From Sphaerodactylus townsendi (taxonomy: Eukaryota), in the NCBI RefSeq assembly GCF_021028975.2, contig NC_059425.1, forward strand, positions 44,144,001-44,208,000: 64,000 nucleotides of DNA, given 5' to 3'. Under the pieces are notes generated by a model. That model was given only the letters and a program-made list of their open reading frames with translations, did not search any database and was not told the origin of the DNA. This document shows, in pieces, positions 1-12,020 of the stretch (positions within the stretch are counted from its first letter, which is position 1; every line of letters begins with the position of its first letter). Position numbers and translations under genes: made by a program.

Positions 1-164
1 CTACTTGCTTTGAGCGGGCTGTTTTATAGATGTAATCTAATTTTTTCTTTCCTGTTATACTCATTGTCATGACCCTCTAATGACTTAGCCAGGGTCCTGC
101 CATATTTCTTTCTACAGAGTGCTCACAGAGCAGCCTTGAGAATTGTTTGCATTTCATCTAGCCC

Positions 165-331
165 AGGGGTCTGCAATCTGCGGCTCTCCAGATGTTCATG
201 AACTACAATTCCCATCAGCCCCTGTCAGCATGGCCAATTGGCCATGCTGGCGAGACTGCAATAAAGTCAGTAGTTCATGAACTACAATTCCCATCAGCCC
301 CTGTCAGCATGGCCAATTGGCCATGCTGGCG
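165..331. mobile_element. Rearranged copy of the palindromic hAT-type MITE
   Basis: Starts with a caggggtctgcaa TIR. The core ctacaattcccatcagcccc...gcatggccaattggccatgc is shared with 44103-44248. A 59-bp direct duplication is present. Confidence 0.7.
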
Positions 332-1264
332 GCATGAGCTGGATTTCTGAAGCTACAGGCCTGATCTAGCCTGTACCAGTCTGCATCTCATCTTTCCTGG
401 TAAAGGTTCTGCAGCTGGGAAGTGGGGTATGGTAATGGGTGTCTATTTCTTGCCAGGTTCTCACTGTCTGAAGAATGTGTGGAAGTGTGTAAGTGTACCT
501 TCCTGCTCAAGGGGAGAGTAGGGAGGGGGATGTGAGTGTAACCTGTCCATTGCAGGGGATATAATGATTTGCCTGTTTTAATGCATCCAGTTCTGACACC
601 ATAAGTCAACAGCTTTTCCACACTTGTAATCAATAAATAAGAATTCTGCGTTCAAAGTACTGATTCATTATTGGACAAGTCTGGATGATTTATGGATGAT
701 TTTAAAACAAGGATGCATATGAAGTATACTTCTCTACAGAGTGAAAAGATTCCTCAAGATCACCACCTTTACCCCAACCATTTTTTACTCTATGTTCCTT
801 TGTGGTTTAAAATGCAAAACTAATTTGGAATTGTGAGTAAGCACACACACCCCTGAAATTACAGCAAACTCTGTTGACAGAGATGTAGCGAGGGGATCTG
901 TGCCCAGGGCACATGTGTGCACTGCGCTCCTGCCATGCCCTGACACGCCCCCGGACCAGCATGCGCTCGGGGCAAGATGCCCCCTCCCCCCGGCATCTTG
1001 CCCCGAAATAGTGGACATCAATTATTTTGCAGAATGTTCCTAATAAATGGCATCCCTTGAAAATGAGGACTGGCAAACATTATAGAGGAAAAGAACACTA
1101 CACAGATCTGGAAAATGCAACATTTCAAAAGTCTTGTTCAACAGATTGCTCATGGGCCAACAACTTCAGATACACTAGAATTCTTGGTGTAGCATGTGCA
1201 TATGAGTTACTCATATATGTCAGATGTGGAAGACAAAAGTTCTAGCATACAAATCTCTACTTGC

Positions 1265-1344
1265 CACTGAAAAGGGATGGCTTCTTGCCTCCTCACGTAT
1301 ATTTGTAAAAGGAGATTCCAGTATAAGAGCATCTGGAGGAGTTT
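1265..1344 (-). CDS. ABHD12: ABHD12 exon 9 (GC donor); the gene continues beyond the window start
   Basis: tttttcag| [26 protein letters not shown] |gcaagt. 80 nt. Cumulative CDS is 861 nt = 287 codons, ending in phase 0. Confidence 0.93.
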
Positions 1345-2512
1345 CTGAAAAACAAAATTAAGCAGATTATAATGCTGCCCATGGCAGACAGCGGCCTCTG
1401 TGCCAGGCCCACTAAAATGGCTCAGGGTTTCAAACCAGTAGTGCTTGGTGCATTGCCCCCAAAGTCAATGACATTTACACAACTCAGTAAGAAACCAGAC
1501 CTACACAATCATTTGCAAACAGGGCAGACCTTCACTTTAGGAGAAACTGAATTGTAGCCCACTGTGTATTAGATATCTCATTGATATTCGTTGCAGAATC
1601 CATCTTGAGTCTCAGTGAGAAAGTGACTTTGTCTTTCTGATCCCTACATAGTGAATGAACAAAAGTATGCAATGGACCACATTTTAGGGATCAGAAATAC
1701 AAAGTTGCCCAACTGTTATCAATGGGATTTAGTCTACCACCAGGTTTTTGCAATAGAGCACAATAAAACTGTATATCCAGTCATTCAGATTTGATTTAGT
1801 ATATTTAGTTGCTACTAAAGTTGGATCATCTTGTCAGGACCTGACACAAAAGTGACAGCACTTTCTCAGTTATCTTGAAAGCTTCTGAGCATTTCACCAC
1901 TCTCTATAGGTTTACTCCATATAGCTTAAAAGATCTAGCAGCCTAATACAGGAGCAGCCCAACCCTAATGGGTGTGTGTGTGTGTGAATGGTCACAGGGA
2001 GCAGCAGAGGGCTGTGTTGATGCATTTGCACCCTTTGCCAACACAAGGGGCACCTCTGCCGATGGAGGGGGCAGAGACACTGGTGGCCAGCCGCTGGAAG
2101 TTGGAATCACCATGGAACAATGCTAGTGTCCAGTTGGATGCTGACAAACAAGAGGGCAAGGTCTTCCTGGGGGTCTAGCCCAGACCTTCAGACTTATGCT
2201 GCAAGAAAGTGCAGCCTAAGCCATTATCAGCAATGGAGCAATTTGGTTGATGGAAGGGAGTTCAAGGTTCTCTGTGCAGCCAAAGCCCCTTTGGAGGTGG
2301 TGAGGCACACCCTCACCCTGCTGCCTCTGACTGCCGTAGCACTTCTCCCCCCCCACCACCACTGAACTATATGGCGCTGATAATATCTCTTGGGGGGGGG
2401 ATTACAATTTTTAAAATGAAGAAATAACACTGCAAACTCTTACTACTGCCTTGAAAGACAGAATAAAGGTTGCAATATGAAATATTCTGATCCTGCAAAA
2501 CAAATGTTTTAC

Positions 2513-2550
2513 CTCTTTCGCAGAGACGCCTTACTAGGTTGGTTGCAACT
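2513..2550 (-). CDS. ABHD12: ABHD12 exon 8
   Basis: ttttag| VATNLVRRLCER(E) |gtaaa. 38 nt. Confidence 0.95.
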
Positions 2551-2887
2551 CTAAAAAGACAGAAAGCATAAACCTAGAGTTAATCATTATTAAGAGTTAG
2601 AACATCTACCCTTAAATGATTTGACATTCCAATCCTGAGTAAGAATAAGAGCTAAGTTTGGCTTCGCACAGTGAGATTTACTTCCAACAGAGGTGGAATT
2701 CAAGATGGGCCTGGCCTCTTTAGTTATTTAAGAGAGCATACTCTTGTGCAGTTATCATCTTGGGTCTCAACCGTTTACTTATGTTAGGGATATAAAAGTC
2801 TTAGGAAAATTAATACATTTTTAAAAATTGACATTTAACCAAGAGATTCCAGTTTGGTGCTCAGAGCGCACTGGTGCTGGTCTAGAG

Positions 2888-3551
2888 CAGGGGTAGGGAA
2901 CCTTTAACACTCAGAGCCATTTGGACCTGTTTTCCACGGGAAAAGAAAACACTTGGAGCCGCAAATAATTTTTGACATTTAAAATAAAGATAACACTGTA
3001 TATATTGAGTTTTTTTACCCGCTCATTCTGAGAAGCGCATGGATGCGTCCGCCCTGCTACCTGCAGGGCGGGCAAGGATGGGGCCAGCGGCTCGGCCTCG
3101 TCGCTCCAACGGGGCGGGCGAGAGGGGAAGCCGGGCAATTGGTGTGCCCGCCCTGCTGCCTGCAGGTGAGGGCAGGAATGAAAGCCAGCGGCTCGGCCCA
3201 CCCTACCCTTTCGGCCAGAGCAAATGAGAGGGGAAGCCCGCGGCGCCCAGCCCAGCCGACTGCGGGCAGTTGGTGCGCTTCGCCCTGCTGCCTGCAGAGG
3301 CGGAGGCAGGAGATGCTTAGCCGGTGGCTCGGCCTCACCGGCCACTAAGGAGAAAGCACACCAGCCTTTCGAACAGAGTGAGGCGAGAGAGGAAACCCGC
3401 TGCGCTGCTTGACAGCAGGCAATTGGTGTCCTGCCCTACTGCTTGCAGGGCCAGGCAAGGGGATAGGGCCCTGGCGGCTCGGCTCGTGGAGCCGCAGTGC
3501 AAGGGCAGAAGAGCCGCATGCGGCTCTCGAGCCGCAGGTTCCCTACCCCTG
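2888..3551. mobile_element. Non-autonomous hAT DNA transposon with an internal GC-rich minisatellite
   Basis: Perfect 16-bp TIR (caggggtagggaacct / aggttccctacccctg). Perfect 8-bp TSD gtctagag (2880-2887, 3552-3559). Confidence 0.92.
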
Positions 3552-6500
3552 GTCTAGAGTATGGCAGAGTGATAGGGGTGGCCTCACTTCATTAGTGGCG
3601 GCTGACCTTCTCCTTGAGGTGGAATCCCGCCCCTGGGAGTGCACAGGATTGCAGCCAAAAGGCCAGGTATTGCTAGGGGACAGCAATCCACCTAATCCTA
3701 TAGCAAGCTGTCACCGCTGTTGTGCAATTTAAGTTCTATATTTTAGTCTAATAATCTTAGCCTTGGGAAAAATACTGACATGAAGAATTAATATTTCCGA
3801 ATGTTAACCGACAGACAAATAGGTAGGTAGGATTAAAGAACCATGAACCAAGGAAAGCAGCTGCTAGAGCTGTTCTACAAATTATTTCACAAGAGTTTAT
3901 GCACCATTGTAATACATCAGGCTCACAGCTGTTCTTCAGCTTGTGAAAATGGCTGCACAGCCTACTGTACAAGCAAAACTCTCAGGATGTCATTTCACTT
4001 TTCTTGCATGATGCTCTAAGCGTGAAGAGTAAAAACAGTCCTCCTGGCAGTGAAAAATGCTTTCTACATGTCGAAGAGCAGTTTTGGGACTCTAATCTGT
4101 TATTTGTTATCTAGTGCTTCTTAGACTCTATTTAAAAGAACGCTAAGATTTAAGGTAATGGATTGGATCTAACCAGCTTTTCTGCTGGTGAAGAAGGAAG
4201 GAGGGAGTCTCTGATCACCAAAAAGGGGGTCATGGGACCTGCAATGTGGAACTGGGACTGCAGCTGGAAGGGGAACCGGCCAAGGTTGAGGGTAAAAACT
4301 GTCTGGATTCAACCCATTGTCTTCAAGAAGGTAAATATTTGAACTGCAATTTAAACGGAACAACACTTTTAAGCTCTGTATTCACCACACCATTTGTCCT
4401 TTATTTCAGACTCAAGAGAAACTCTTAAACATTTCAAAATTTGCAGTTTTTCCTTTTTGCCCTTAAAGAGAAAATAACAAAAAAGCATCACTTTTTCTCA
4501 TTTTGTTTGATAGAACAAGGAACCCAATCTATCTTGATATAAAGTAACATCTAAATCAAACCTGAAAAGTCTTTTCCCTCCCCAATATTTAATTTCTGTG
4601 CTTCAGTTCACGTAGGATTTTCCTGTTTTGCTCTTCTGCAACCACTCCAATTCTTATGCAAAAACAACCAACAGCCTCAGGCTGCCTGAACTGCTTTGAC
4701 CGCAAATAAAGCTCTTCTGTTTGGATACATTAGTGTGTTTGGCAGCATTCCAGGTGAACCATGCTGTCGATTGGTTCAAAAGCACATATGCACCATGGAA
4801 CAAATAGATTCACTGTATTTGAATCTGAGTTCACTGGGAAAGATTCGGGAACACTCCCATTCCAGTGCAAGGAAGAAGTACAGACCAGGAAGGAATACAA
4901 TAAACATTAAAGGGAAATACCTTAAATAATGTAAGTATATTAAAATCTTGTTTTGTACTCAACAGAAACATCTTCCACAACTGTCAGATGAATATACTCA
5001 AAACCCCATAATGGTCCACTGCTAACTTGTTGGTTTTTTTTAAAAAAAAACAATTAAATTGAGAACGCTACCTCCAAATCCCTGTGCTGTTCTCCCTAAG
5101 GCATTTTGCTGTCTATATGACACGTTATTTTGTAGACATCTTGTAGAACTGGTCAATCTAGAAACACTGAGTAAAGCCTGACTAGTTTGAACTGAGGTTA
5201 TCTTTGAATGGAGGACAGACATATAATGTGCTAACAGTTGGGCTGCCCTTTATGATTAGATTTTGGCTGCTAAAAACACATGGGGGCCTTGTTAGGAACA
5301 AGGTGCCATAAAAAATCCACTACACACCAAGCATCTGCCCAGGCTCCCTATTCTTTTTTGAGCTCCACTGGACTGGAACTAGATTTGCAAACCAATAAAA
5401 AGCACCATCTTGGAGTTACTACCTGCAGATTAAGCTCAGGTGACAAGGGGCATCCTGGATGGTTGTTCTGCAGCTGAAGAATTCCTCTGCCCTAGAGCAG
5501 TGATGCTCAATGTGCCTGGTGTGAGGCTCCACCCCACTAAAGTTTCCTGGTGCTCCTTGTTTCTTTCCCTTCCCACTATGATTCCTGACAGGCACCAAGT
5601 GATAAAAAAAATTACATCAGACACTTTTGTCCAGCATGTTTTATGCTACAGTAATTCCAGGGAGTGGACAGAGCTCAACAGAAGGCAGGAGGAGAGAGAG
5701 AGAAGTAGAGAACCATTTTCTGTATGCCGAAAGCTCAACTGTCTGTGCATTTGGACTACCTGGTGCCTCTCTCCTGTGCCTAGCCCCTTCACTTGGTAGC
5801 AGTGTGGTTATCTGCCCTCTTTGCCCTGCTGCCTCAGTGGGGTGGCCCTGATTCCTCATCCCCACCACTATGCCAGCCTCATCACACAGAAAGAAGGGCA
5901 GTTCTACATTCCAGGGTTGGCGTAAGTGGAGACATCTCCAACTGCCACACTCCCCAAACCTCTCCGAGGCCCCCTCCTCTCCTCCCTGCTCTGAACAGCT
6001 GTAAACGAAACGTTGCTGGTTCCCCTCTTATTACCCTTTACTGCCTGATCTCAATAGCTGTTGTTGGATGCAGACGAGGGGAAAGACTTTGGGGCAACTA
6101 ACTGTAACTACTGGACTACCTGGTCGCCAGAGAGGTACAAAAGGATGACGTCTGTTGTGTCGCTTGTGTGGCACAACTAGGAGGGAGAAGAGGAGAAGGA
6201 CAACTGTGGGAGGGGACTGTGGCTTAATTCAGTGGATAGACTTTTAAATGGTCCTCCATGGCAAACATGTTTTGGTGGTGCCCAACAACTCACTTGCCAC
6301 CCCCCTCAAATCACCAAAATGCAGCTTTCAATGCACACCCAAAAATACTCTCAAGACTCATTCAGTTTAGATAGTTGTGTAGCTGGCATCAAATCCCCTC
6401 CCAGTACAACACATGTAGATTTCCCCATATTTCTCCTTCTCCCATCAGTTTCTTTTGACCTGGAGGATGCCTGGAGTTGTGGGACTTACATGGATAAAAA

Positions 6501-7094
6501 GCCACATTTCTCCCAATTCCCTTGTTTCACTGTAGCCCAAATAAGGTGTTCAGTTTTTTGCTCATACAGGTCCCACAACTCCAGGCATTATCACCCTAGG
6601 GATGAAAAGATACTGCAGGATCACTCATTTAAATACTGCAGGATCACTTCCATTAAAGGTTGGTTGGAAGCAATAAAGGGTTGCTCATCCTAAACAAGAG
6701 TTTCTTCATTAGCAGACTTTCCTCTTTGCCCAAGCATTTGATTAGCCTCCTTGGAAACTCCCTCTCCAGCTGCTGGTTGGGGTGTGTGTGTGTGTGGAAT
6801 GTGGGTTGGGGTTATTTTAATGTTATTTTAATTGTTGTTTTAATTGTTATACTTTATTGTTGATGCTTTATTGTGGATTTTTTTGTTTTTAACCTGCGTA
6901 AGCCACCTGCAGAGATGCAGGTATGAGGGTTATAAATTTCATAAATAAAATAAAAATGTCCCAAGCTACTCCCCAGTCAAACAGTTCTAGAATCAGTGGT
7001 TCAGGGTTAAAAGGTGAAAGACTCTGCCCCCAATACCAGATGTAGCTAAGGCACACCCCTGTCAACTAGAACCAGCCAGGAAAAGGAGTGAGGA

Positions 7095-7325
7095 GGAGAG
7101 GGTCCACCCACCCTGGGGAAAGGGGAGAGAGTGGGAGGGGCCCCATCATCTGGTTGAGGCCCACCCGGCCTGGGGAAAAGGGGGGAGGGTACCTGTCATC
7201 TAGTTGTGGCCCACCCAGCCTGAGGTGAAGGGTAGGGAGGGAGAATGAAAGGGAACCATCATTTGGTCATGGCACACCCACCCTAGTGGAATGGGAGGGG
7301 AATGGAGAGGGGAAAGAGGTTTTTA
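7095..7325. repeat. G-rich degenerate minisatellite (about 4 x 60 bp)
   Basis: Recurring ccacccaccctggggaaagggg...catcatctggttg units. Confidence 0.6.
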
Positions 7326-8949
7326 GTTTTTAGGCAGTGACAGAACAGGCAGAAGTGGCCAGTTTTTAGGCAGTGACAGGACAGGCAGAGCTTCCCTTGG
7401 GCAGCTAGCAAGTCATTGGTAGGCTTGTGGTTAACCAGCTTGCAAACCATGTCCCAGAACACCTGAAACAGAAGAAATTATGGGTGTTTGTGCACAAACT
7501 GCTTGCCTCGAGGGTGTTTGCTTCAAAGTGAGATTTTTCTGTGGTTTTCTGTTTACACAAGAGACTGGGCTGCAGTACTCACATAATTCTCAGGTCCATT
7601 CAGCAGACATACACTTGTCCATAATAACAGCTTTTAAGAAGGCACCTTTTACAATCACCTTACAACCATCAGCATTAGCTAATGGAGAACAAGAAACTGA
7701 AACCGAGAGCTCCACCCAGTGGGAACACACTAAATCACACAGATAATAGGGGAGGAGCAGAGTCCTTTTGCCTGCACTACTACATTTTCAAAGGATCCTT
7801 CTCTTCTTATCTAAAGCATTCCTGCCAGTCCAACAGGTACAGAAGTTTAAATCCTCCATACCTTGTTTTTCTGCAAAATCCCCCCTCTTTTTCAGGAGTC
7901 CAATAACTCAATAAATCAATCCTTTGTTCTAAAGTTAGACATAACGAGTAAAAAACACTACACCAAAAAAACCCCAATGCCCTTCTGATTGTTAGAAATG
8001 ATGGCCAGAAGAGCCCATTTTGGAGGCTGCCTCCTCATCCTTTTTTTCTGGCATCTGATAGCTCAACAGACCAGTCATTTGCTCCAATGTTAGACCTGCA
8101 ATGTTTAAAACACACACACACACACAAAACCCCAACGCCCTTCTGATTGTTCGCAAGTGTGGCCAGAAGTGCAGAAAAAAACTGCTGCTGGGTGAGCTGA
8201 GGAAGGCAGGAAGAAAAGCAAAACCACATTTTGCCAGCATTTAGAGACCACGTAGCTTCTCTGCTCTGCCTCTCAGTGATTTCGGTGAGGACAAAAAACA
8301 ATGCATAAAGGAAGGTCTACAGCAAAGGGAAGGGAAGCTGGCTGTGAAGCAGAATGCAAGTGCATAAATGGCCACTACCGTATATCCAAGTGACCAGGAA
8401 CAAAATCAGCTTTAGAGTTCTGATAACCTATTGTTCTGAGGCTACGGAGAACTACTTCACAGAGAAACATATCCCCTACAGTTCTTGAAAGCCATGATAA
8501 TTAAACAAATTTAGAACAGGTTGTAATTTGTTGTGTATGTATCTTGTAAAAAGAATGTTAGCAAAACACAAAAACATCTAGGATAGCTGGGGTTATCTCT
8601 ACTAAAACTTTATTTGAATATAAATTTGCTTCCTAATGTCTAGTTCACTTCTATCCCAAAAAGAGATAAGGTTTGTCTAATTTTGCCTAATTTCCAATGC
8701 ACATGGAATTTTAAGAACTGTCAAAATCTAGCCTATAGTAACTCATCATGTAGAACAGATTCTGGCAGATCTTTTCAAAAAAGTATAGACAAAAATGTGC
8801 TGTAGCAAACCACATAAAATTTGGTGCTATCTAACAAAAAGTCTGCAGTGATTGTCCTTTGGCATTACACCATCATCCCCACACTATGCATTAGTCCCTT
8901 GTGCTATTCCAAAGGCCGGCCTAGTGCCATCTGGAATCTGAAGGCTTAC

Positions 8950-9079
8950 CCAGTGCCCAAGGAGTGCCCCCATATATAAACTGGATTGTCTCCACTTCTT
9001 GCTTTTATCCAGTCAAAAACATGAAGAGCATCATAAGTTAGTCCACTTTCTGAAGGACTGCCAATTGAGTCTCCCCAGC
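8950..9079 (-). CDS. ABHD12: ABHD12 exon 7 (catalytic serine, GHSLG)
   Basis: ttcag| (G)[42 protein letters not shown](G) |gtaag. 130 nt. GxSxG nucleophile elbow. Confidence 0.97.
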
Positions 9080-9334
9080 CTGAAAGAGAAAATTATTTTA
9101 TTTCAGGAATCATATTCAAAACCATTAGTCAAAATAAAGTGTCTGGGTTAAAGCTGAAAAATAATGCTGGCCCAGGAATCTAACCCAACATATCAGCTTT
9201 TAAATTGCCTCTCAACAGTTTAGACTTTGTAAAGATGCCCCTTAAAACAAAAGCACACCGCCAAAATATTTCAGCATCTTTCATTCAGTTTAGTTCCATG
9301 ACAGTCTCAGCATTTTGAGGCAGGAGGGGAGGCT

Positions 9335-10124
9335 CATATGCTAGTGGCACCAAAATTTCAGGGTACCCTCAGAAGACACTCCTGATGATACCAGCCAAGT
9401 TTGGTAAAGTTTGGTTCAGGGGGTCCAAAGTTATGGACCCCCAAGTGAGGTGCCCCCATTCCCCATTGTTTTCAATGGGAGCTATTAGTAGATGGGGCTA
9501 CCCTTTTGAGGGTCCATAACTTTGGACCCTCTGAACCAAACTTCACCAAACCTGGCTGGTCTCATCAGAAGAGTCTCTTTATGATACCAGCCAGGTTTGG
9601 GTGAAGTTTCTGGGTCAGGGGATCCAAAGTTATGTGACCCCCAAAGGGGATGTCCCCATCCCCCCATTGTTTACAATGGAAGCTAATAGAGTAGATTTTC
9701 CATTTCTGATAATATCCCTCTTAAAATCTAAGTTGGGTTACATTTGGACATACAGATGATGATGAGGAATCCAGTTTTGGAGGATTTTAACTCTTGTGTT
9801 TTAGCTTGGTTGCTGGTTGAGCTAAGGTTTTTGTACTTTTAAAGTTATTGTTGAGACCATATTGTTCTTGTTGACCCTCTTTTCCACTTACAGAGCCAGT
9901 TTACTGTTTTTCTTTGAAATAAATATTCAAAAACATTTAACCTACTGATGCCTCAATTGATGTAATTTTATTGGCATCTATTTTTATTTTTGAAATTTAC
10001 CAGCAGCTGCTGCATTTCCCACCCTCGACTTATACGCGAGTCAATAAGTTTTCCCAGTTTTTTGTGGTAAAATTAGGTGCCTCGACTTATATGCGGGTCG
10101 ACTTACACGCGAGTATATACGGTA
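9335..10124. mobile_element. Partial non-autonomous Tc1/mariner (Tc2/pogo-like) element with ~140-bp internal modules
   Basis: Right end reads ...tcgacttacacgcgagtatatacgg|ta (TA target), with repeated cgacttata(c/t)gcg subterminal motifs. Modules alternate in orientation over 9335-9690. Confidence 0.65.
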
Positions 10125-10273
10125 TGCCAATAAAGGCTTGTTGTTGTAGCTGAAAATTTGGGAAGTTTAGTTAAGGAATGGATGTTGAGGAAACCTGGTT
10201 TTGAAGGCGGAGAATGGACGAACTCTACTGAGAACAAAACGCAAAAGCACAAACCCAGCTAAAAGGATCTTAC

Positions 10274-10319
10274 CTCGATAATCAAATGTGACTACATGAT
10301 AGCCAAAAGAACTCAGAAC
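10274..10319 (-). CDS. ABHD12: ABHD12 exon 6
   Basis: ttcag| VLSSFGYHVVTFDYR(G) |gtaag. 46 nt. Confidence 0.97.
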
Positions 10320-10544
10320 CTGAACAAACACAAGACAAATGGTAAAATTACAAAAGGTGCTATATGATTTTTTTAAAAAGCATTTTAACACAGCCGTTTC
10401 CCCTGACCTGCTATTTTTCCATACAAGGAAAGGTTTTGTTTGTTTGTTGTTGGCAGTCATAGTGGGGAAGCATTCAGTCAACCAAATCTCCTTACCTGCA
10501 AGTTCAGGCTATGTTCCCATTTAATACATTAAGATAACCCTGAG

Positions 10545-10762
10545 AAAGCAGTGTGGTGTAGCAGCTGATGTGTTTGACTACGACGTGGAAGATCTGTGCC
10601 CAAACCTCCCACTCAGCACAAAGTTCAAGGGGTGACCTTGGATCAACCACTCTCTCTCAGCCTGACATACCTTACATGGCTGTTATAAGAATAAAATAGG
10701 AAGAGGGGGAAGAAGTATGTTCATAATCCTGAGCACCTTAGAAAGAGGGCATGATAAAAATG
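10545..10762 (+). mobile_element. Old tRNA-derived SINE (Squam3/MIR-like)
   Basis: gcagtgtggtgtag head and a gggtgaccttgg...ctctctcagcct...acctta core. Confidence 0.55.
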
Positions 10763-10969
10763 TAGAGAGTGCAAGTCAAAGATGAATGGTATGAAAGTGA
10801 ACCTGTGCTTTATAGGTTTTCCTTACAGAAGACAAATAACATATATCCAGCAAGTCCGGATAGCTGAGTTATTATCAGAATTGTATACATAGTGTTCAGG
10901 CTGTCTGAATGACAATATTGTAAGCCGCCTTGAGTCACAAACAAATGAATGAATGAATGAAATTCTCAC

Positions 10970-11000
10970 CTTGTAAAGCTCCACACGGTGTTCTCCTCCT
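10970..11000 (-). CDS. ABHD12: ABHD12 exon 5 (31-nt micro-exon)
   Basis: atag| A GGA GGA GAA CAC CGT GTG GAG CTT TAC AAG |gtgag = GGEHRVELYK. Confidence 0.95.
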
Positions 11001-11412
11001 CTATTTAAAAAATGGGAAAGTACACATTGGTTTGTGACTTTTTAAAAGTCAGACAGTTCATATTTCATGATTTCTTGAGAAACACCCTGACTTTTAACAT
11101 GAATCTAACTAACTATACAGTACTAAATGTGTGGGAAACTGAAGCATGCGAGCACATGAGCATACAGAGTCAATTCTTCCTTTGGGAATAAAATTCATTT
11201 TTACCAAGATCAAACAAGTGATCCAGTTTTTAAAAATGTGGGAAACAACACAATCTCTATTTGGTGCGTACAAAAGGGAGCAGAGTTTAAAAAACAAGAA
11301 ACTGCTGAAATGCCATCTATTCCAACAAGAACATTTCTTACATCACACACTGAAAACTGGCTATGAAGAAAGGCTGGATGTATCGCTGAAAGATTCCACA
11401 GCTGGAATCAAC

Positions 11413-11643
11413 AGGCTGTTGTGGGTTTTCTGGGCTGAGTGGCAGCTGTGGTCTGGTAGTTTTTGCTCCTAATGTGTGATGTAAGAAAACAGCTGGCTTC
11501 TTCAGAGGCATGTCATGTTAGGAGAGAAACACATCTTACCTCGACATGCCTCTGAAGATGTGGCCACAGACATGGGCAAAACGTTAGGAGCAAAAACTCC
11601 TACACCTACCACAACCACATAGCCCGGAAAAACCACAACAGCC
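11413..11643. mobile_element. Penelope-like element remnant arranged as an inverted repeat
   Basis: ggctgttgtgggttttc...tttgctcctaa...cttcagaggcatg is mirrored by catgcctctgaag...ttaggagcaaaa...accacaacagcc. Confidence 0.7.
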
Positions 11644-11900
11644 AAGAGAAACTGGACTTTTCCTGTTTCGTTCTTCCCCTTTAATATTTTAATCTAATGC
11701 AGAAACAGCCTGAGATATTTTGGTGTCTGCAGCATAAACAGTGCCTCCAAAAGGTAGTGTAAATAAACAGCTAACTAACCGACAATTTGTTGACTTTATG
11801 ACATATTACATCTGTCACCTGAAATCCTAACTTGATCTAAACCCTTAGAATTGAAAAAATGATATCCTTTTTGAAGCTGACTCATTTTTAAATTTCTTAC

Positions 11901-12020
11901 CTTGTACCTCCATTTCCATGCAAGTACAAGATTACAGGGCTATTAGAACCCAACGTATCCTCATACCACAGTTGGTCCTTTCCTTGAGCATCCTTCCATA
12001 AAGCTGCAGGAACTGTGTGC
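11901..12020 (-). CDS. ABHD12: ABHD12 exon 4
   Basis: ttctag| [39 protein letters not shown](R) |gtaag. 120 nt. Contains the LYLHGN oxyanion region. Confidence 0.97.

Noticed and set aside
335-690. Possible solo LTR (a similar candidate at ~5480-6230)
   Set aside because: It has an AATAAA and LTR-like composition, but I could not define TG...CA ends or a TSD.
1-1264. ABHD12 exons 10 onward (IYRYFPGFDWFF...)
   Set aside because: Not found by eye in this interval. They are presumed to lie left of the window, so this is not evidence of truncation.
2911-3732. Many overlapping ORFs on both strands
   Set aside because: These are by-products of the GC-rich minisatellite inside the hAT element.
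8376-10124. taccgtatat at 8376 as the left TIR of the Tc2-like element, which would enclose ABHD12 exon 7
   Set aside because: Only 10 bp match, with none of the subterminal cgacttata repeats. Exon 7 is in its normal position, so this is most likely chance.
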